Shown here in pieces: positions 15,986 through 24,000 of a stretch of DNA of 24,000 nt. Position 1 is the stretch's first letter, and each line of letters starts with the position of its first letter. A program made the translations under genes and the position numbers. The notes beneath the pieces are model-generated. The model made no database searches, was not told the origin of the DNA, and worked only from the letters and a program-made list of their open reading frames with translations. Source of the stretch: Prosthecomicrobium sp. N25 (GTDB taxonomy: Bacteria; Pseudomonadota; Alphaproteobacteria; Rhizobiales; Ancalomicrobiaceae); the NCBI RefSeq assembly GCF_037203705.1, contig NZ_JBBCAT010000001.1:383418-407417 (forward strand). The letters are read 5' to 3'.

Positions 15986-17446
15986 ATGTCGGTCGGGCTG
16001 ACGGGCCATGCGGAATGGGATCGCATCAAGAAGCGCCTCAGGGCGGAACTGGGCGAGGACGTATTCACGAGCTGGTTCGCCAGGGTCGACCTGGAGGCGC
16101 TCGGAGACGGCGTCGTGCACCTGTCGGTGCCGACCCGCTTTCTGAAGAACTGGCTGCAATCGCGCTATCGTGACCGGCTCATGGGCCTGTGCCAGGACGA
16201 ATTCGGCGGCGTGCAGCAGATCGAATTCACCGTGCGCAGCGCCATCCGCCCGCGCGGCCCCGGCGCCCCCGAGGCCTGGACCTCGCCGGCGCCCCAGGGC
16301 GTCGCGGTCGACCACCGCCAGATCAAGGTGCCGCTCGCCCAGGCCGCCCGCCTCGTCCTCGACGGGCCGGCCCCGACGAGCGAGATCCGCCTCGACGACG
16401 CCCTCGTCGGCTCGCCGCTCGACCCGCGCTACACCTTCGCCAGCTTCGTCGAGGGCCGCTCCAACAGCTTCGCCCTCGCCGCAGCCCGCCGCGTCGCCGA
16501 GTCCCGCCCCGGAGAATCGGTCGGCTTCAACCCGCTCTTCGTCCATGCCGCCGTCGGCCTCGGCAAGACCCACCTTCTCCAGGCGATCGCCCGAGCGGCC
16601 AAGGACGCCGGCCGGCGCGTGCTCTACCTGACCGCAGAGCACTTCATGTACCGCTTCGTGTCGGCCCTCAAGGCGCAGTCGGCCATCGCATTCAAGGAGA
16701 ACCTTCGCGGCATCGATCTCCTCCTGATCGACGACATGCAGTTCCTCCAGGGCCGCCAGATCCAGCAGGAATTCTGCCACACGCTGAACTCCCTGATCGA
16801 CGGCTCCCGCCAGGTCGTGGTCGCCGCGGACCGCCCGCCGGTCGAGCTCGAGACGCTGGACGAACGCGTCCGCTCCCGCCTCGGTGGCGGGCTGCTCGTC
16901 GAGATCGCCGCCCCGGATTTCGACCTCCGCCGCGCGATCGTCTCCAACCGGGTCGTCGCCGCCCGCCGACTCTTCCCGACCCTCGCGGTCTCCGAGGCGG
17001 TGATCGACTTCGTCGCCGAGAACGTCACCTCGAGCGGCCGGGACCTGGACGGCGCGGTCAACCGGCTGGCCGCCCATGCCCAGTTCTCCGGCGAGCCGGT
17101 CGGCATAGAGACCGCCGAGACGGCCTTGCGCGACCTGCTGCGGGTCCGCGAGGCCCGGCGCGTGAAGATCGAGGACATCCAGCGCGCCGTCTGCAAGCAG
17201 TACAACGTCTCCAAGGCCGACCTCCTGTCGAGCCGCCGCACCCGCACGGTGGTCCGCCCCCGGCAGATCGCCATGTACCTGTCCAAGACCCTGACGCCCC
17301 GTTCGCTCCCCGAGATCGGCCGCCGCTTCGGCAACCGCGACCACACCACGGTCCTGCATGCCGTCCGCAAGATCGAGGACATGATCAAGACCGACCGGGG
17401 CTTCGCCGACGAGGTCGAGGTCCTGAAACGCCAGATCGACAGCTGA
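15986..17446 (+). CDS. dnaA: Chromosomal replication initiator protein DnaA
   Basis: It has the AAA+ Walker [16 protein letters not shown], a Walker [10 protein letters not shown], sensor motifs, and the domain IV DNA-binding helix [39 protein letters not shown] chose the start at ATG 15986 ([18 protein letters not shown]), with GGAGG 10 nt upstream. The track start at 15740 would add 82 non-conserved-looking residues. Confidence 0.93.
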   Translation: MSVGLTGHAEWDRIKKRLRAELGEDVFTSWFARVDLEALGDGVVHLSVPTRFLKNWLQSRYRDRLMGLCQDEFGGVQQIEFTVRSAIRPRGPGAPEAWTSPAPQGVAVDHRQIKVPLAQAARLVLDGPAPTSEIRLDDALVGSPLDPRYTFASFVEGRSNSFALAAARRVAESRPGESVGFNPLFVHAAVGLGKTHLLQAIARAAKDAGRRVLYLTAEHFMYRFVSALKAQSAIAFKENLRGIDLLLIDDMQFLQGRQIQQEFCHTLNSLIDGSRQVVVAADRPPVELETLDERVRSRLGGGLLVEIAAPDFDLRRAIVSNRVVAARRLFPTLAVSEAVIDFVAENVTSSGRDLDGAVNRLAAHAQFSGEPVGIETAETALRDLLRVREARRVKIEDIQRAVCKQYNVSKADLLSSRRTRTVVRPRQIAMYLSKTLTPRSLPEIGRRFGNRDHTTVLHAVRKIEDMIKTDRGFADEVEVLKRQIDS

Positions 17447-17470
17447 CCGGCGCGCACCGGGCAGGGTTTC

Positions 17471-17501
17471 GAGGCCGCCGCCGGTCCGCCGGGGCGGCCT
17501 C
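17471..17501 (+). terminator. Strong GC-rich hairpin 25 nt downstream of the dnaA stop; possible terminator or attenuator without a clear U-tract
   Basis: gaggccgcc / ggcggcctc forms a 9-bp stem, with an inner ccgg/ccgg pairing. It is followed by tcgcgttgc, which is T-poor. Confidence 0.35.
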
Positions 17502-17632
17502 TCGCGTTGCGGGGGCGGCCGGGCGCTCCTCCGAAGGTCAGGGGCGAGCGGCTGCCCCGGCCTGTTGCGCCGCCCCCTCCGCCTGCTATACCGCTGCCGG
17601 GCGGCCGCGGGCCGCGGCGCGCGGAGAAGCCG

Positions 17633-18445
17633 ATGTCGGAGATGCGTCTGATCGTGGTCGGAGCCGCCGGCCGCATGGGCCAGGCGCTCGTTCGCGCCGT
17701 CGCCGCCGCCGAGGGCGTGACGCTGTCCGGCGCCGTCGAGCGGGCGGGCTCGCCCCATCTCGGTCGCGACGCCGGCGCGGTCGCCGGCCTGGAGCCGCTC
17801 GGCGTCCCGATCTCGGACGACCCCCTGCCGCTCTTCGCCGCCGCCGACGGCGTGCTCGACTTCACCAGCCCGGCCGCCACCGTCCAGTTCGCCGAGCTCG
17901 CCGCCCAGGCGCGCATCGTCCACGTGGTCGGCACCACCGGCTGCTCGGCCGACGACGAGGCGAAGATCCACGCCGCCGCCCGCCACGCGGTGGTGGTGAA
18001 GTCCGGCAACATGAGCCTCGGCGTCAACCTCCTCGCCCAACTGGTCCGTCAGGCCGCGCGCGCGCTCGACGCCGAGTTCGACATCGAGGTCGTCGAGATG
18101 CACCACCGCATGAAGGTGGACGCGCCCTCCGGCACCGCGCTCCTGCTCGGCGAGGCGGCCGCAGCGGGGCGCGGCGTCGACCTCGGCGCCCATTCGGCGC
18201 GCGGCCGCGACGGCCACACCGGCGCGCGCCGCACCGGCGATATCGGCTTCGCGTCGCTGCGCGGCGGCACGGTGGTGGGCGACCATACGGTCGTCTTCGC
18301 CGGACCCGGCGAGCGCATCGAGCTGTCGCACCGGGCCGAGGACCGGTCGCTCTTCGCCCGCGGTGCCCTGCGCGCCGCCCTGTGGGGCCGCGGGCGCAAG
18401 CCCGGCCTCTACACGATGGCCGACGTGCTCGGCTTTTCCGACTGA
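17633..18445 (+). CDS. dapB: 4-hydroxy-tetrahydrodipicolinate reductase
   Basis: The N-terminal Rossmann motif is [13 protein letters not shown] and the signature is E.HHR.K.DAPSGTA ([16 protein letters not shown]). The start ATG at 17633 is preceded by GGAGAAG. The track start at 17507 is upstream. Confidence 0.93.
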   Translation: MSEMRLIVVGAAGRMGQALVRAVAAAEGVTLSGAVERAGSPHLGRDAGAVAGLEPLGVPISDDPLPLFAAADGVLDFTSPAATVQFAELAAQARIVHVVGTTGCSADDEAKIHAAARHAVVVKSGNMSLGVNLLAQLVRQAARALDAEFDIEVVEMHHRMKVDAPSGTALLLGEAAAAGRGVDLGAHSARGRDGHTGARRTGDIGFASLRGGTVVGDHTVVFAGPGERIELSHRAEDRSLFARGALRAALWGRGRKPGLYTMADVLGFSD

Positions 18446-18459
18446 AGGACACGCGCGAG

Positions 18460-19080
18460 ATGGAACGTCTTCTGGTCCTGTGCCGTCACGGCGAGAGCGA
18501 GTGGAACAGGCTCAACCTGTTCACCGGCTGGAAGGACCCGGACCTGACCGAGAAGGGCATCGCCGAGGCACGCGCCGCCGGCCGGAAGCTGAAGGCGCTC
18601 GGGCTCGACTTCGACGTTTGCTACACCTCGGCTCTGAAGCGGGCGCAGACCACCCTCGACCTCATGCTCGAGGAGCTCGGCCGGAAGGACCTGCCGATCA
18701 TCCGCGACCAGGCTCTCAACGAGCGCGACTACGGCGAGCTTTCGGGGCTCAACAAGGACGACGCCCGCAAGCGCTGGGGCGCGGAGCAGGTCCATGTCTG
18801 GCGCCGCTCCTACGACGTGCCCCCGCCCGGCGGCGAAAGCCTCAAGGACACGGCCGACCGGGTGCTGCCCTATTTCGAGGCCCGCATCATGCCCGACGTC
18901 ATGGCCGGCCGGCGCGTGCTCGTCTCCGCCCACGGCAACTCGCTGCGCGCCCTGATCATGAAGCTCGAGGGCCTGACCGGCGAGGAGATCGTCCGCCGCG
19001 AACTCGCCACCGGCGTCCCCATCGTCTACCGCTTCGCGGCCGACGGATCGGTCACGTCCAAGCAGGACCTCGCGGGCTGA
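18460..19080 (+). CDS. gpmA: 2,3-bisphosphoglycerate-dependent phosphoglycerate mutase (short alphaproteobacterial form)
   Basis: It has the histidine phosphatase motif [10 protein letters not shown] and the distal AHGNSLRAL. The ATG at 18460 lies 14 nt after the dapB stop, so the two genes are probably an operon. It sits at the 3' end of a long spurious in-frame ORF (16189..19080). Confidence 0.93.
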   Translation: MERLLVLCRHGESEWNRLNLFTGWKDPDLTEKGIAEARAAGRKLKALGLDFDVCYTSALKRAQTTLDLMLEELGRKDLPIIRDQALNERDYGELSGLNKDDARKRWGAEQVHVWRRSYDVPPPGGESLKDTADRVLPYFEARIMPDVMAGRRVLVSAHGNSLRALIMKLEGLTGEEIVRRELATGVPIVYRFAADGSVTSKQDLAG

Positions 19081-19337
19081 CGGGAAGCCTGGAGCCCGCC
19101 GGCGGCCCCTCTCCCCGGTCACAGGCACACCGCTCTCCGCCCGCATCCCCGGCCGGAGTGCAGCGGAAGGGACGGGGCCTAGCGCTCTCCACCGGCCGCA
19201 GCCCTGCGGTCGAGGCCTGCCCTGGGCCCCCAAATCTGCGGTGCTCGCGCGCCTTGTCCGGAGAAGCAGGGCCGGGGATTCGGGGGGCGGCAGGGGCCGG
19301 GACCGCGGTCGGAAGGTGGGCGGCGACCGCCCGGATC

Positions 19338-20288
19338 TCACTTGAAGGGGATTGTGAAGGTCGCCAGGCCGCCGTAGCCGACGCCGCCGCCCTGCTTCTC
19401 GCCGACATTGGCCTGCAGGCCGAAGACGCCGACATTGGTCTTGTAGGAGGCCTGCGCGGTGGCGCTGGCGAGGTTGTCCTTGTACATGGCACCGACGCCG
19501 ACACTGAGCTGGCCGGCCTCGTAGTTGGCCTTGAGGCCGAGATTGACCAGGTGGGTCGCCGGCTTCGCGCTGCCGTCGAGCGTGATCTTGATCGGCCCGG
19601 ACTTGACCGCCGCCTCGCCCTCGATCTGCTGGATCACCGGCCCTTCGGCGAGTACGCCGAGCTTCAGCTCGAGCTTGAGCTTCTGCCAGTTCGCGACGGT
19701 CGACACCTCGCCGCCGAGGAGCTGGGCGGTCGGATCGAAGCGCAGCTTGCCGACCGACAGCGAGAAGGCCCCGACCGTCAGAATCTTGAAGCTCTTGTCC
19801 TTGAGCGGGTCCGTCACCGCGTCGACGATGCCGCCGCCCGTCCGCGTCACGTACAGGACCGTCCCGGTCCCGACCACCAGCGCCGCACCGACGATGTAGA
19901 GGACGGTGCTGTTCTTGTCGACCCAGACCCCGAGGTTGGACGAGGCGGCCGCCTTCTTGAAGCTCTCGAGGCTCTTCTCCAGCCGCTTGTACTCGGCGGT
20001 CTCCTTGACCTGGTCGAGCACCTTCTTGCTGGCCGCGTCGTACACGCCCTTGCCGAGCGACTCGACCAGCTTCTGCGCGTCCTCGCCCGAAACCACGGTT
20101 TCGGCGGCGGTACCGCGCGACTTGGCGAAATCGAGCAGCGTCTTCTTGATGGCCGCCTGCGTCGCGGGATCGGTCAGCGCGGTGGCGACCTGCTGCGGAA
20201 TGGCGGTCACCTCGGCGTCGAGCAGCCGGAAACTAAGCACGATGATCTCGTGGCCTGCGTCGATGACGTCGGTTTGCGGGTCGGCCAT
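19338..20288 (-). CDS. Hypothetical Lys-rich membrane protein: N-terminal helical domain, single TM helix, and a C-terminal domain of amphipathic beta-strands
   Basis: I chose the start at ATG 20288 (MADPQTDVIDAG..), with GGAGG 10 nt upstream; the track start at 20411 adds Arg/Pro-rich junk. Third codon positions are almost all G/C in this frame (AAG, CTC, GTC, GGC), which supports real coding. The TM segment is STVLYIVGAALVVGTGTVLYV. I recognise no family motif. Confidence 0.75.
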   Translation of the reverse strand: MADPQTDVIDAGHEIIVLSFRLLDAEVTAIPQQVATALTDPATQAAIKKTLLDFAKSRGTAAETVVSGEDAQKLVESLGKGVYDAASKKVLDQVKETAEYKRLEKSLESFKKAAASSNLGVWVDKNSTVLYIVGAALVVGTGTVLYVTRTGGGIVDAVTDPLKDKSFKILTVGAFSLSVGKLRFDPTAQLLGGEVSTVANWQKLKLELKLGVLAEGPVIQQIEGEAAVKSGPIKITLDGSAKPATHLVNLGLKANYEAGQLSVGVGAMYKDNLASATAQASYKTNVGVFGLQANVGEKQGGGVGYGGLATFTIPFK

Positions 20289-20476
20289 GATGCCGGAACC
20301 TCCGAATGTCGAACTGTGAAACGCGCCCGCCTGACGCGGGGCTCCGCCGGGCCAGGGGTCCCGGGGCGCACCGGATGCAGGCCGGAGAATACGATTAGAG
20401 CGTGCCAGCACCCGTGCTCACGGTCCAGTCAAGTCGGTTCACGAATGGCGAGACCCGCGCGTGAGCGCCCGGGCCG

Positions 20477-21385
20477 TCAGGCCGCCGCCACCCGGCCCGC
20501 CTCCCAGCCCAGGATGGCGCGCTTGCGCGTCAGGCCCCAGTGGTAACCGCAGAGGTCGCCGCCGCGCCCGAGCACCCGGTGGCACGGCACCACGAAGCTG
20601 ATCGGATTGCGCCCGACCGCCGCCCCGACCGCCCGGCTCGCCTTCGGCGACCCGATGCCCGCGGCGATGTCCGAATAGGTGGTGGCCCGCCCCATCGGGA
20701 TCTTGAGAAGCTTGCGCCAGACCCGGATCTCGAAGTCCGAACCGATCAGCACGACGTTGAGCGGCCGGTCCGCCTGCCACTCGGCCGGGTCGAACACGCG
20801 CCGGACGAAAGGCGCGGTCGCCTCCTGGTTCGCCACGAAGTCGGCCTCCGGCCAGCGCCGCGTCATGTCGGCGAGCGCCGCCGCCTCGCCGCCCTCCTCG
20901 GCAAAGCCGAGCCCGGCGAGCCCGTGCTCGGTCACCACCGCCAGCGCCGTGCCGAACGGGGAGGGGTGGAACCCGGTGCGCATCACGAGCCCGCGGCCGC
21001 GCGCCCGGTAGGCCCCGGGGGTCATGGCCTCGTGGGTGACGAAGAGGTCGTGCAGCCGTCCCGGGCCCGACAACCCGACCTCGTAGGTGGTGTCGAGCAC
21101 GCTCGCGGAGGCCCGGAGCAGGTCCCGCGCCGCATCGAGCGTGATGGCCTGCAGGAAGGCCTTCGGGGTCAGCCCGGCCCAGCGCACGAGCAGCCGCTGC
21201 AGTTGCACGGGGGTCAGCCCCAGCCGGCGCGCCACCTCCTCCACGGTGGGCTGCGCGCGCCAGCGCTCGGACATGATCTCGATCGCGTCGCGGACGATCC
21301 GGTAGTCCCGCTCCGCCGCGCCGTCCTCGAGGTCGGTCGCGTGGTCCCGGTCCGCGGTCTCCGCCAGGGCGGTCTGAAGCGTCAT
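20477..21385 (-). CDS. AraC-type HTH transcriptional regulator fused to methylated-DNA--protein-cysteine methyltransferase (Ada-like, lacking the N-terminal Zn methyl-acceptor domain)
   Basis: The C-terminal MGMT active site is VPCHRV, together with the DNA-binding helix region. The N-terminal half has the AraC HTH (TVEEVARRLGLTPVQLQRLLVRWAGLTPKAFLQAITLDAARDLL). There is no Cys in the first ~270 residues, so no Cys4 zinc site. Confidence 0.88.
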   Translation of the reverse strand: MTLQTALAETADRDHATDLEDGAAERDYRIVRDAIEIMSERWRAQPTVEEVARRLGLTPVQLQRLLVRWAGLTPKAFLQAITLDAARDLLRASASVLDTTYEVGLSGPGRLHDLFVTHEAMTPGAYRARGRGLVMRTGFHPSPFGTALAVVTEHGLAGLGFAEEGGEAAALADMTRRWPEADFVANQEATAPFVRRVFDPAEWQADRPLNVVLIGSDFEIRVWRKLLKIPMGRATTYSDIAAGIGSPKASRAVGAAVGRNPISFVVPCHRVLGRGGDLCGYHWGLTRKRAILGWEAGRVAAA

Positions 21386-21478
21386 GATGGGCCTCGTCGC
21401 AAGCTGGACCGTCCGGGGGCGGCCTTCGGACGGGACACTAGCGGCGCCGCGCCCCCCGGGACACCCGATTTCGGACGC

Positions 21479-21991
21479 TCAGGCCGGGTTGCCGACCGGG
21501 CCGCCGGAGCGCGCGGTGGCGAGCGCGGCCTTGAGGGCGCCCGCGAAGCTCGTCCGGTCGTCCGGGTTCAGGAAGGCGCCCACGTCGACCGCGCGCCCGC
21601 GCGAGAAGAGCGCGATGCGGGTGACGCCCTCGTCCTCGACATGGACCACCTCCAGCCGCACCCACACCGGGTTGAACCGGTATTCCGTGCGCCGTCCGCC
21701 GGGCGAGACCTTGCGCACCAGGATCTCCTGCGCCGAGACCTCCACCACCTCGAAGGCGCGGGCCGAGCGGTAGCTGAGCCGGAACGCCAGCCACATGACG
21801 GCGACGTCGAGCCCCAGGAAGCCGCTGATCGGCCAGGCCCCGATCTTCCAGAACAGGAGGCCGGTGGCGAAGCAGACGGCCGAGAGGCACGTCATCAGCA
21901 CCACGAACCCGCGCGGGCCGAGGGACCGGTGGGGCGTCAGCACGGCGGAAAAGAACGGCCGCCCGGCGGCCTCGGCGTTGCTGTCCGTCAT
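21479..21991 (-). CDS. DUF2244 domain-containing integral membrane protein
   Basis: A 170-aa protein starting MTDSNAEAAGRPFFSAVLTPHRSL, with two adjacent TM helices followed by a soluble beta-rich C-terminus (..YRFNPVWVRLEV..). I recognise the family from memory. I trimmed the start from the track (22210) to ATG 21991. No clear SD is present. Confidence 0.7.
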   Translation of the reverse strand: MTDSNAEAAGRPFFSAVLTPHRSLGPRGFVVLMTCLSAVCFATGLLFWKIGAWPISGFLGLDVAVMWLAFRLSYRSARAFEVVEVSAQEILVRKVSPGGRRTEYRFNPVWVRLEVVHVEDEGVTRIALFSRGRAVDVGAFLNPDDRTSFAGALKAALATARSGGPVGNPA

Positions 21992-22013
21992 GGAGACCCA
22001 GTATAGAAAGCGG

Positions 22014-22925
22014 ATGCGCGCACGTAAGCAGAATCCCGATCCCAAATCCGTGAAGGTTGCGAGCGTTCCGGAAAAGCCGGCGCGGCCCCCCGCCGCAACC
22101 GCGAAGCCGGGCGGCGCGAAGGCCCCGAGCGGACCCAAGGCCCCGAGCGGCCCCAAGGCCGCGGGCCGCGCCAAGGCCGCGGGCCCGGGAGGCCGGGCCG
22201 CCCAGGGCAAGGCGCCAGCGGCGGGATCGGCCTATACGGAGGCCGAGGTCCGGGCCATCTTCGAGCGCTTCCGGGCCGTGGAGCCGGAGCCCCGGGGCGA
22301 GCTCGCCCACGTCAACCCCTTCACGCTCCTGGTCGCCGTGGTGCTCTCCGCCCAGGCGACCGACGCGGGCGTCAACAAGGCCACCGCCGGGCTCTTCCGT
22401 CTCGCCGACACGCCCGCCAGGATGGTCGCCCTCGGCGAGGAGCGCGTCCGCGACCTCATCAAGACGATCGGCCTCTTCAACACCAAGGCGAAGAACACGA
22501 TCCTGCTCTCGCAGGCGCTCCTCGACCGCTTCGGCGGCGAGGTGCCGCGCGACCGGGACGCCCTGACCACCCTGCCGGGCGTCGGCCGCAAGACCGCCAA
22601 CGTCGTGCTGAACGGGGCCTTCGGGGAGCCGACCATCGCGGTCGACACCCACATCCTGCGCCTCGGCAACCGCCTGCACCTGGCGCCCGGGCGCAACCCC
22701 GACGAGGTCGAGGCGGAGCTGATGCGCATCGTGCCCGGCGAGTTCCTCCGGCACGCCCACCACTGGCTGATCCTGCATGGCCGCTACGTCTGCAAGGCCC
22801 GCCGACCCGAGTGCGAGCGCTGCGTGATCGCCGACCTGTGCCGCTACGAGGGCAAGACCAACGCGGTCCCGGTGCCCGTCGAGGTCGCCCGCGGCGAATA
22901 TCCGAGCGGTCCCGTGGTCGGCTGA
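22014..22925 (+). CDS. nth: Endonuclease III (Nth) with a Lys/Ala/Pro-rich N-terminal extension
   Basis: It has the HhH-GPD core (LLVAVVLSAQATD, LPGVGRKTANVVL, VDTHI) and a 4Fe-4S cluster loop C-x6-C-x2-C-x5-C (CKARRPECERCVIADLC). The start is uncertain. The in-frame candidates are ATG 21990, ATG 22014 and GTG 22050. No start codon exists between 22050 and the catalytic core, so an extension of at least ~60 aa is obligatory. Confidence 0.88.
   Translation: MRARKQNPDPKSVKVASVPEKPARPPAATAKPGGAKAPSGPKAPSGPKAAGRAKAAGPGGRAAQGKAPAAGSAYTEAEVRAIFERFRAVEPEPRGELAHVNPFTLLVAVVLSAQATDAGVNKATAGLFRLADTPARMVALGEERVRDLIKTIGLFNTKAKNTILLSQALLDRFGGEVPRDRDALTTLPGVGRKTANVVLNGAFGEPTIAVDTHILRLGNRLHLAPGRNPDEVEAELMRIVPGEFLRHAHHWLILHGRYVCKARRPECERCVIADLCRYEGKTNAVPVPVEVARGEYPSGPVVG
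22119..22190 (+). repeat. Four imperfect 18-bp tandem repeats inside the nth 5' region, encoding KAPSGP-KAPSGP-KAAGRA-KAAGPG
   Basis: The units are aaggccccgagcggaccc / aaggccccgagcggcccc / aaggccgcgggccgcgcc / aaggccgcgggcccggga, in frame with nth. Confidence 0.8.
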
Positions 22926-22938
22926 GCCGGCCGCCCGG

Positions 22939-23610
22939 TCAGGACGCCTCGAGCGACTGCCACTGCCCCGCCTCGATCTTGGAGGCGGCGATGACGGCCT
23001 GGGTCCGGCTCTCGACGCCGAGCTTCTGCAGGATGGCGGAGACGTGCGCCTTGACGGTCGCCTCCGAGACGCTGAGCTCGTAGGCGATCTGCTTGTTGAG
23101 CAGCCCTTCGCTGAGCATCATGAGCACGCGCACCTGCTGGGGCGTCAGCGTCGACAGCCGCTGCACGAGCTTCGCGGTCTCGTCGGGCGGGAGCGCGGCC
23201 AGGTCGACGTCCGGCGGCGTCCAGACGCCCCCGTCCATGACGGTCGTCAGGGCCGCGCGGATGGAGTCGGTGCCGAGCGACTTCGGCACGTAGCCGGCCG
23301 CACCGAACTCCATGCAGCGCCGGACGGTCGCCGGGTCCTCGTTGGCCGAGACGACGACGATCGGTACCTGCGAATACTGGGCCCGCAGGTACATGAGCCC
23401 CGAGAAGCCGCGCACGCCGGGCATATTGAGGTCGAGCAGCACGAGGTCGACCTCGCCGCCCTCCTCCAGGAGCTTCGAAACGGCGTCGAGCGACCCCGCC
23501 TCCGCGATCGAGACGCCGTCGAACATCGATTCGAGCGTCTGCCGCAGGGCACCCCGGAACAGCGGGTGGTCGTCCGCGATGATGAACTTGTAGCCCGTTG
23601 TCGGCGCCAA
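22939..23610 (-). CDS. NarL/FixJ (LuxR-type HTH) family two-component response regulator
   Basis: The receiver domain has FIIADDHPLF and LVLLDLNMPG (phospho-acceptor Asp). The C-terminal LuxR HTH is LTPQQVRVLMMLSEGLLNKQIAYELSVSEATVKAHVSAILQKLG. The start is uncertain. No ATG lies near the domain boundary, so I provisionally used TTG 23610 (giving MAPTTGYKFII..). GTG 23679 is an alternative. The track ORF start at 23985 adds ~125 Arg-rich residues that do not look like protein. Confidence 0.85.
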   Translation of the reverse strand: MAPTTGYKFIIADDHPLFRGALRQTLESMFDGVSIAEAGSLDAVSKLLEEGGEVDLVLLDLNMPGVRGFSGLMYLRAQYSQVPIVVVSANEDPATVRRCMEFGAAGYVPKSLGTDSIRAALTTVMDGGVWTPPDVDLAALPPDETAKLVQRLSTLTPQQVRVLMMLSEGLLNKQIAYELSVSEATVKAHVSAILQKLGVESRTQAVIAASKIEAGQWQSLEAS

Positions 23611-24000
23611 GGCGGCCCCCCCGGATTCTGCGTTGACCTCCCAGGTCCCCCCGCCGTCTTGGTGCGGCGGACGGGCCACGACCGGGCCGGCAGTGTCCCG
23701 TTTCCGATCGTATTCGGAATTATCGCGGGCGCGTTGACCAGGCGCAAGGGCGTAGAGCCCCGGAAGATGCCGTTCGGTCAAAGATTTGGACGGCCTGCGC
23801 GAACCCCGATCGAGCCGCCCGATCCCGATCCTGCACCCAGCCGCCCGGATCCCATCCCGCCGCGGAGTCGATCGCATAACCGAACGTTGACGCCAACCAA
23901 TTCTGTGTAAAGCATGAGAACACGGTCGCGACTCCCCGATGCTGCGGACGGACCGCGGGACGCAGGCCGGCCCGCGGGGGAGCACCGGGGGGATGAGAGG

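Noticed and set aside
15857-18331. 824-aa minus-strand ORF spanning dnaA and dapB, and the 963-aa plus-strand ORF 16189..19080 whose only real part is gpmA at its 3' end
   Set aside because: Both run through or opposite two well-supported genes in other frames. Their translations are Arg/Pro/Gly-rich without motifs. Only the last 206 codons of 16189..19080 (from ATG 18460) are protein-like.
18363-20546. 727-aa plus-strand ORF covering gpmA, the intergenic region and the antisense of the hypothetical gene
   Set aside because: It is out of frame with gpmA and antisense to a gene with strong third-position GC bias. The translation is Arg/Pro-rich at one end and Leu/Asp/Glu/Arg-rich at the other, with no motifs.
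1-24000. Mobile element, prophage, genomic island or defence-system signature anywhere in the window
   Set aside because: There is no integrase, transposase, recombinase, tRNA attachment site, terminal inverted repeat or flanking direct repeat. There is also no nuclease/ATPase/methylase gene pair. Apart from the ~180-bp island in the dnaA spacer, composition and codon bias are uniform and the gene content is conserved housekeeping.

Overview
This is a very GC-rich chromosomal segment with the gene order typical of the dnaA neighbourhood in alphaproteobacteria (Hyphomicrobiales-like): ubiE-ubiB, mutM, enoyl-CoA hydratase, rpsT, dnaA, dapB-gpmA. To the left lie a 5'-truncated RND efflux permease, an aryl/acyl-CoA ligase, an SDR, a beta-CASP metallo-beta-lactamase nuclease-like gene, DUF4202, and a secreted protein with two Inh/Omp19-type protease-inhibitor domains. 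To the right lie an orphan Lys-rich membrane protein, an AraC-HTH::O6-alkylguanine-DNA methyltransferase fusion, DUF2244, endonuclease III and a NarL/FixJ-type response regulator. I can support 19 CDSs. I found no rRNA, tRNA, CRISPR array, transposase, integrase, or recognisable defence, secretion or biosynthetic module. I do not see a convincing multi-gene novel system, and most of the window is ordinary core genome. The least explained parts are these: (1) a ~1.06 kb ORF-poor spacer between the rpsT terminator and dnaA, with mixed composition, a GANTC cluster, stem-loops and a ~50% GC island; (2) an orphan 316-aa Lys-rich protein with a helical domain, one TM helix and an amphipathic beta-strand domain; (3) Pro/Ala-rich low-complexity extensions on three unrelated proteins (RND tail, tandem-Inh linker, Nth N-terminus). 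Many long ORFs in the supplied track are GC-driven antisense or out-of-frame artefacts. All family assignments come from motif recognition by eye; no database search was possible.
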